Positions 60,432-64,000 of a stretch of DNA of 64,000 bases are shown piece by piece. The position numbers and the translations under genes were made by a program. The stretch is from a bacterium (GTDB taxonomy: Bacteria > Zhuqueibacterota > Zhuqueibacteria > Residuimicrobiales > Krinioviventaceae). The stretch lies in NCBI GenBank assembly GCA_963675755.2, contig CAXXMD010000003.1, positions 1,984,001 through 2,048,000 on the forward strand, in the 5' to 3' direction. Within the stretch, counting starts at the first letter, position 1. Each line of letters starts with the position of its first letter. A model generated the notes under the pieces. That model was not told the origin of the DNA. It saw only the letters and a list, made by a program, of their open reading frames with translations, and did no database searches.

Positions 60432-62921
60432 ATGAAAAACAACTTTTCTAGTCGAGTACAGATGGTCATACAATTTGCACGTGATGAAGCTTTACGTCTG
60501 GGACATGATTATATTGGTACAGAACATTTGTTGTTGGGACTGATACGTGAAGGTGAAGGCATAGCGATAGAGATACTGGCGGCTTTGGGATGTGATCTGG
60601 ATGAAGTGAAACGAGCAATTGAAGATGCTGGTAGAGCATCGGGTGACACCATGACCATTGGCAACATTCCCTTTACTAAACGGGCTGAAAAGATATTAAA
60701 GAGCGCCTATGTAGAAGCCGACAGACATAAATCAGATATTATTGGAACTGAGCATTTACTATTGGCGCTGGTTAAGGAAAAAGATGGACTTGCCGCTCAG
60801 ATATTAAAGAGTTTTGGTGTTACTTATGAAAATGCATCTGAAGAATTGGAGCGTGTTATGCAAGGATCTGAAAATGTACAACCTGATTCAACAGATCCGC
60901 AGGGACAGTCAAAGTCCCAAACGCCAGCGCTTGACCATTTCGGCAGGGATTTAACTGAACTTGCCCGTAAAGGCGAGCTGGACCCTATAATCGGTCGTGA
61001 AAACGAAATACAGCGCGTGGCCCAAATTTTGAGCAGACGCAAAAAGAATAATCCTGTATTGATTGGCGAACCGGGTGTAGGTAAAACAGCTATTGCTGAA
61101 GGCCTGGCATTGCGTATTGTTGAGAAAAAAGTACCGAGAATTTTACACAGTAAACGTGTAGTAACTTTGGATCTGGGCTCTATTGTGGCCGGAACCAAAT
61201 ATAGAGGTCAATTTGAAGAACGTATGAAAGCGATTATGAATGAATTGGCCAAGATGAAAGATATTATATTATTCATTGATGAATTGCATACTATAGTTGG
61301 CGCAGGTGGAGCATCGGGTTCTCTGGATGCTTCAAATATGTTTAAACCTGCCCTGTCTCGTGGAGAGTTGCAGTGTATTGGTGCAACCACATTGGATGAA
61401 TATAGACAATTTATAGAAAAAGACGGTGCACTTGAACGTCGTTTTCAAAAAGTAATGGTTGATCCACCGTCTCTTGAAGAGACTTTGGCAATCATTCAGG
61501 GATTAAAGTCCCGCTATGAAGCACATCACCGTGTAAATTTCAGTGATGATGTGATAAGAAATATTGTATATATGTCAGACCGGTATATTTCTGACCGTTT
61601 TCAACCAGACAAATCAATTGACGTAATGGATGAAACCGGTGCGCGGGTGCACCTGGCAAATATTGTCGTACCCAAGGAAATAACCGAACTTGAAGAAGAA
61701 ATTAAAAAAGTTCGCAGCGAAAAGGAACATGTTGTCCGTTCTCAGAATTTTGAAAAAGCTGCAGAACTTCGTGATAATGAAAAATCTTTGATCGAAAGAC
61801 TTGAAGATACCAAACAACGCTGGAATGAAGAGCAAGACGGTACCTATGCGGATGTAGATTTGGAAGATGTAACGGATGTTATCGCCATGATGACAGGTAT
61901 TCCTGTAACCCGCGTAGCACAGTCCGAATCTGAAAAATTACTCAGAATGCCTTCCGAATTAAAGAACCGGATTGTTGGTCAGGATAAAGTGATTGAAATT
62001 ATCAGTAAGGCTATTCAGCGTACACGTGCCGGATTAAAAGATCCGAACCGTCCTATTGGTTCTTTCATCTTTTTAGGACCTACCGGTGTAGGTAAAACCT
62101 ATCTGGCAAAAGAAGTTGCCAAGTATCTGTTTGAATCCGAAGATTCATTGATCCGAATTGACATGTCAGAGTTTATGGAAAAGTTTTCGGTATCTCGTTT
62201 GACCGGAGCACCTCCGGGATATGTGGGTTTTGAAGAAGGCGGTCAGTTGACTGAACGGGTCCGCAGACATCCATATTCTGTGATTCTGTTTGATGAGATA
62301 GAAAAAGCACATCCTGATGTATTCAATATCCTGCTTCAGATTCTGGATGAAGGTCATATTACTGATGGATTAGGACGCAAGATTGATTTTAAAAATACTG
62401 TTTTAATCTTGACCAGTAATATTGGAGCGCGCAAAGTTACCAAGGGCGGTGGCTTTGGTTTCTCCAAAGATGATGCGGATACCAACTATGAAACCATGCG
62501 TTCTCGCATTATTGAAGAAGTGAAAAATGTTTTTAATCCTGAATTTTTGAACCGTGTTGATGAGCTTGTTGTGTTTCGTCAACTCAGTCTCGAAGATATG
62601 CTTGTTATTATCGATATCGTTATTGAAGAGATGCTGGACAAGGTAAGAGATCGTAATATTCGTATTGATCTCACCAAAGGCGCCAAAGAGTATCTGGCAG
62701 AACTTGCTTTTGATCCTGTTTATGGTGCACGGCCTTTAAAGAGAACGATTCAAAAACACATTGAAGATCCTATAGCTGAAGAGATGTTAAAGGGTGTCTT
62801 TGTGGATGGCAGCCATATCCATGTAAAGAAAAAAGGAGACGGACTGGAATTCACGCATGTGGATAACGAAAATAGTGTTGATCCTGATGAATTTACCAAA
62901 ACTGAAACAATAGAAAAATAA
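60432..62921 (+). CDS. clpC: ATP-dependent Clp protease ATPase ClpC
   Basis: Two Clp-N repeats, two AAA domains ([16 protein letters not shown]), UVR-type middle domain and GFGF ClpP-binding loop. Confidence 0.95.
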   Translation: MKNNFSSRVQMVIQFARDEALRLGHDYIGTEHLLLGLIREGEGIAIEILAALGCDLDEVKRAIEDAGRASGDTMTIGNIPFTKRAEKILKSAYVEADRHKSDIIGTEHLLLALVKEKDGLAAQILKSFGVTYENASEELERVMQGSENVQPDSTDPQGQSKSQTPALDHFGRDLTELARKGELDPIIGRENEIQRVAQILSRRKKNNPVLIGEPGVGKTAIAEGLALRIVEKKVPRILHSKRVVTLDLGSIVAGTKYRGQFEERMKAIMNELAKMKDIILFIDELHTIVGAGGASGSLDASNMFKPALSRGELQCIGATTLDEYRQFIEKDGALERRFQKVMVDPPSLEETLAIIQGLKSRYEAHHRVNFSDDVIRNIVYMSDRYISDRFQPDKSIDVMDETGARVHLANIVVPKEITELEEEIKKVRSEKEHVVRSQNFEKAAELRDNEKSLIERLEDTKQRWNEEQDGTYADVDLEDVTDVIAMMTGIPVTRVAQSESEKLLRMPSELKNRIVGQDKVIEIISKAIQRTRAGLKDPNRPIGSFIFLGPTGVGKTYLAKEVAKYLFESEDSLIRIDMSEFMEKFSVSRLTGAPPGYVGFEEGGQLTERVRRHPYSVILFDEIEKAHPDVFNILLQILDEGHITDGLGRKIDFKNTVLILTSNIGARKVTKGGGFGFSKDDADTNYETMRSRIIEEVKNVFNPEFLNRVDELVVFRQLSLEDMLVIIDIVIEEMLDKVRDRNIRIDLTKGAKEYLAELAFDPVYGARPLKRTIQKHIEDPIAEEMLKGVFVDGSHIHVKKKGDGLEFTHVDNENSVDPDEFTKTETIEK

Positions 62922-62926
62922 ATAGA

Positions 62927-62967
62927 AAACCCCGGACGCGAATTTCGCTCCGGGGTTGTTATTTTTT
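62927..62967. terminator. Terminator after clpC
   Basis: AACCCCGGA...TCCGGGGTT stem followed by a T-rich tract. Confidence 0.7.
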
Positions 62968-63001
62968 GGGGAAGTACTTCCAGGGGCAGTAAAACTGGAA
63001 C

Positions 63002-63862
63002 CTATTTGTTCAATATGTCTTGATATTCTCGTTTGTAAGCATCGTCCGTGTCCATGATCATTAATAAGCGTATGGGCTCTTTATTAATTGCATTTCTATA
63101 GATATCAATTAATTCTCCTCGATGCGCGCTAAGGAAATATTCTGCATATTCATTTTCAGGATCGTCAGCAAGAATACGGTCCAGTTTTTCTATAGCTGTT
63201 GCTATATGTTTTCTTACTTTTTCATTGTCTTCATTGACAAAAGAAAGACCATAAAAATAATAGTCAACCATTTCACGGAACGGTTTGTGCCTGTCACTCA
63301 GAAAATAATTTACAAGGTCAAGACGTTTGTCCCAACCGTCTACAAAACGACCCAAACCAAACTTGCTTTGTTCGGCAATATATTTGGCTTTTTCATAATA
63401 GATGTCACCGGCCAAAGTGCCCCATTTGTCGTATTCAAAACCCAGAATGAGGTAGAGATAAAACTCAATCATGCTGGTAAAAGAATCATAATTGTTGTCA
63501 TCATAAGTCAGGTTGTCTTTGCTGTCATATGCAAATTTCCAGCGTTTGTCAGAAAGCTGGATGTCGTAATTTGTACCAATTTGAAAGGTTTGGCAATTAT
63601 ATTTTTCTTCAGCGCCGGAACTGATATCAGAAAGAACCATGTTTATATTTACTATGACTTCTGTATTCCACTCGTTTGGGCAGCGGTCGTTGTTGTTGAT
63701 ATAGGTTTCAACCTTGTCTGTAAAATCGGCCAGCTTTTCCTTGGCTTCGTCAGACAAAGCATCTTCGGCAATAGATACATACGCATCTATGCGCTGTGAA
63801 AAAGATGTACCTGTAAGCAAGAGGATGGATAAGAAAATAATTAGATAAAGATTTTTCGGCAT
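63002..63862 (-). CDS. DUF4835 family protein (T9SS-associated PorD-like)
   Basis: GGAGG SD before ATG 63862; signal peptide; FTSMIEFYLYLILGFEYDKWGTLAGDIYYEKA and FREMVDYYFYGL patterns. Confidence 0.7.
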   Translation of the reverse strand: MPKNLYLIIFLSILLLTGTSFSQRIDAYVSIAEDALSDEAKEKLADFTDKVETYINNNDRCPNEWNTEVIVNINMVLSDISSGAEEKYNCQTFQIGTNYDIQLSDKRWKFAYDSKDNLTYDDNNYDSFTSMIEFYLYLILGFEYDKWGTLAGDIYYEKAKYIAEQSKFGLGRFVDGWDKRLDLVNYFLSDRHKPFREMVDYYFYGLSFVNEDNEKVRKHIATAIEKLDRILADDPENEYAEYFLSAHRGELIDIYRNAINKEPIRLLMIMDTDDAYKREYQDILNK

Positions 63863-64000
63863 GTATTGCCTCCAAAATAGTAATTTATACAAACTGTAAT
63901 ATTAAAGAATTTTAGCAGATAATCAAGAACATTTTACAATTGTACGCGATATGACTATGAAACGTTCCGCATTAATCTTGATTTGTTGTTTTTCTTTAAA

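Noticed and set aside
63122-63799. 225-aa plus-strand ORF
   Set aside because: Antisense to the DUF4835 gene, with F/I/V-rich composition typical of a shadow frame.
63950-64000. Possible start of a signal-peptide gene (MTMKRSALILICCFSL) at the window end
   Set aside because: Too short and truncated to support a call.

Overview
Bacterial chromosomal window, AT-rich (roughly 40% GC by eye). Several gene families point to an FCB-superphylum organism such as candidate division KSB1 or Calditrichota-like (inference): GWxTD protein, DUF4835/PorD, Por/FlgD-type 'YPNPFN' C-terminal domains, Wzi-like protein and a DGGGP-synthase-like UbiA. Most of the window is housekeeping: hisS, dtd, maf, mpl, smc, glgC, hflKC, ccmFABCD, prfB with its programmed +1 frameshift, alr, lysS, lolCE/D and clpC. 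Two accessory blocks stand out. (1) 9.9-22.5 kb, minus strand: five paralogous membrane GT2 glycosyltransferases with a radical SAM enzyme, PHP hydrolase, SAM methyltransferase, flippase-like protein, DUF3108 and Wzi-like outer-membrane protein. (2) 24.5-35.2 kb, plus strand: two giant acidic secreted proteins with Por/FlgD-type CTDs, each preceded by a sigma-54 (-24/-12) promoter, followed by two lipoproteins. The first appears to carry both cohesin-like and dockerin-like modules and has a long leader with a tiny uORF; the second has a cohesin-like domain and about 7 cadherin-like repeats. Together they are a candidate non-cellulosomal cohesin-dockerin surface-layer system. Two single-base frameshifts about 215 bp apart near 46 kb truncate two genes and may be assembly errors. 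No rRNA, tRNA, CRISPR array or mobile element was recognised. Family assignments come from motif recognition by eye, not database searches.
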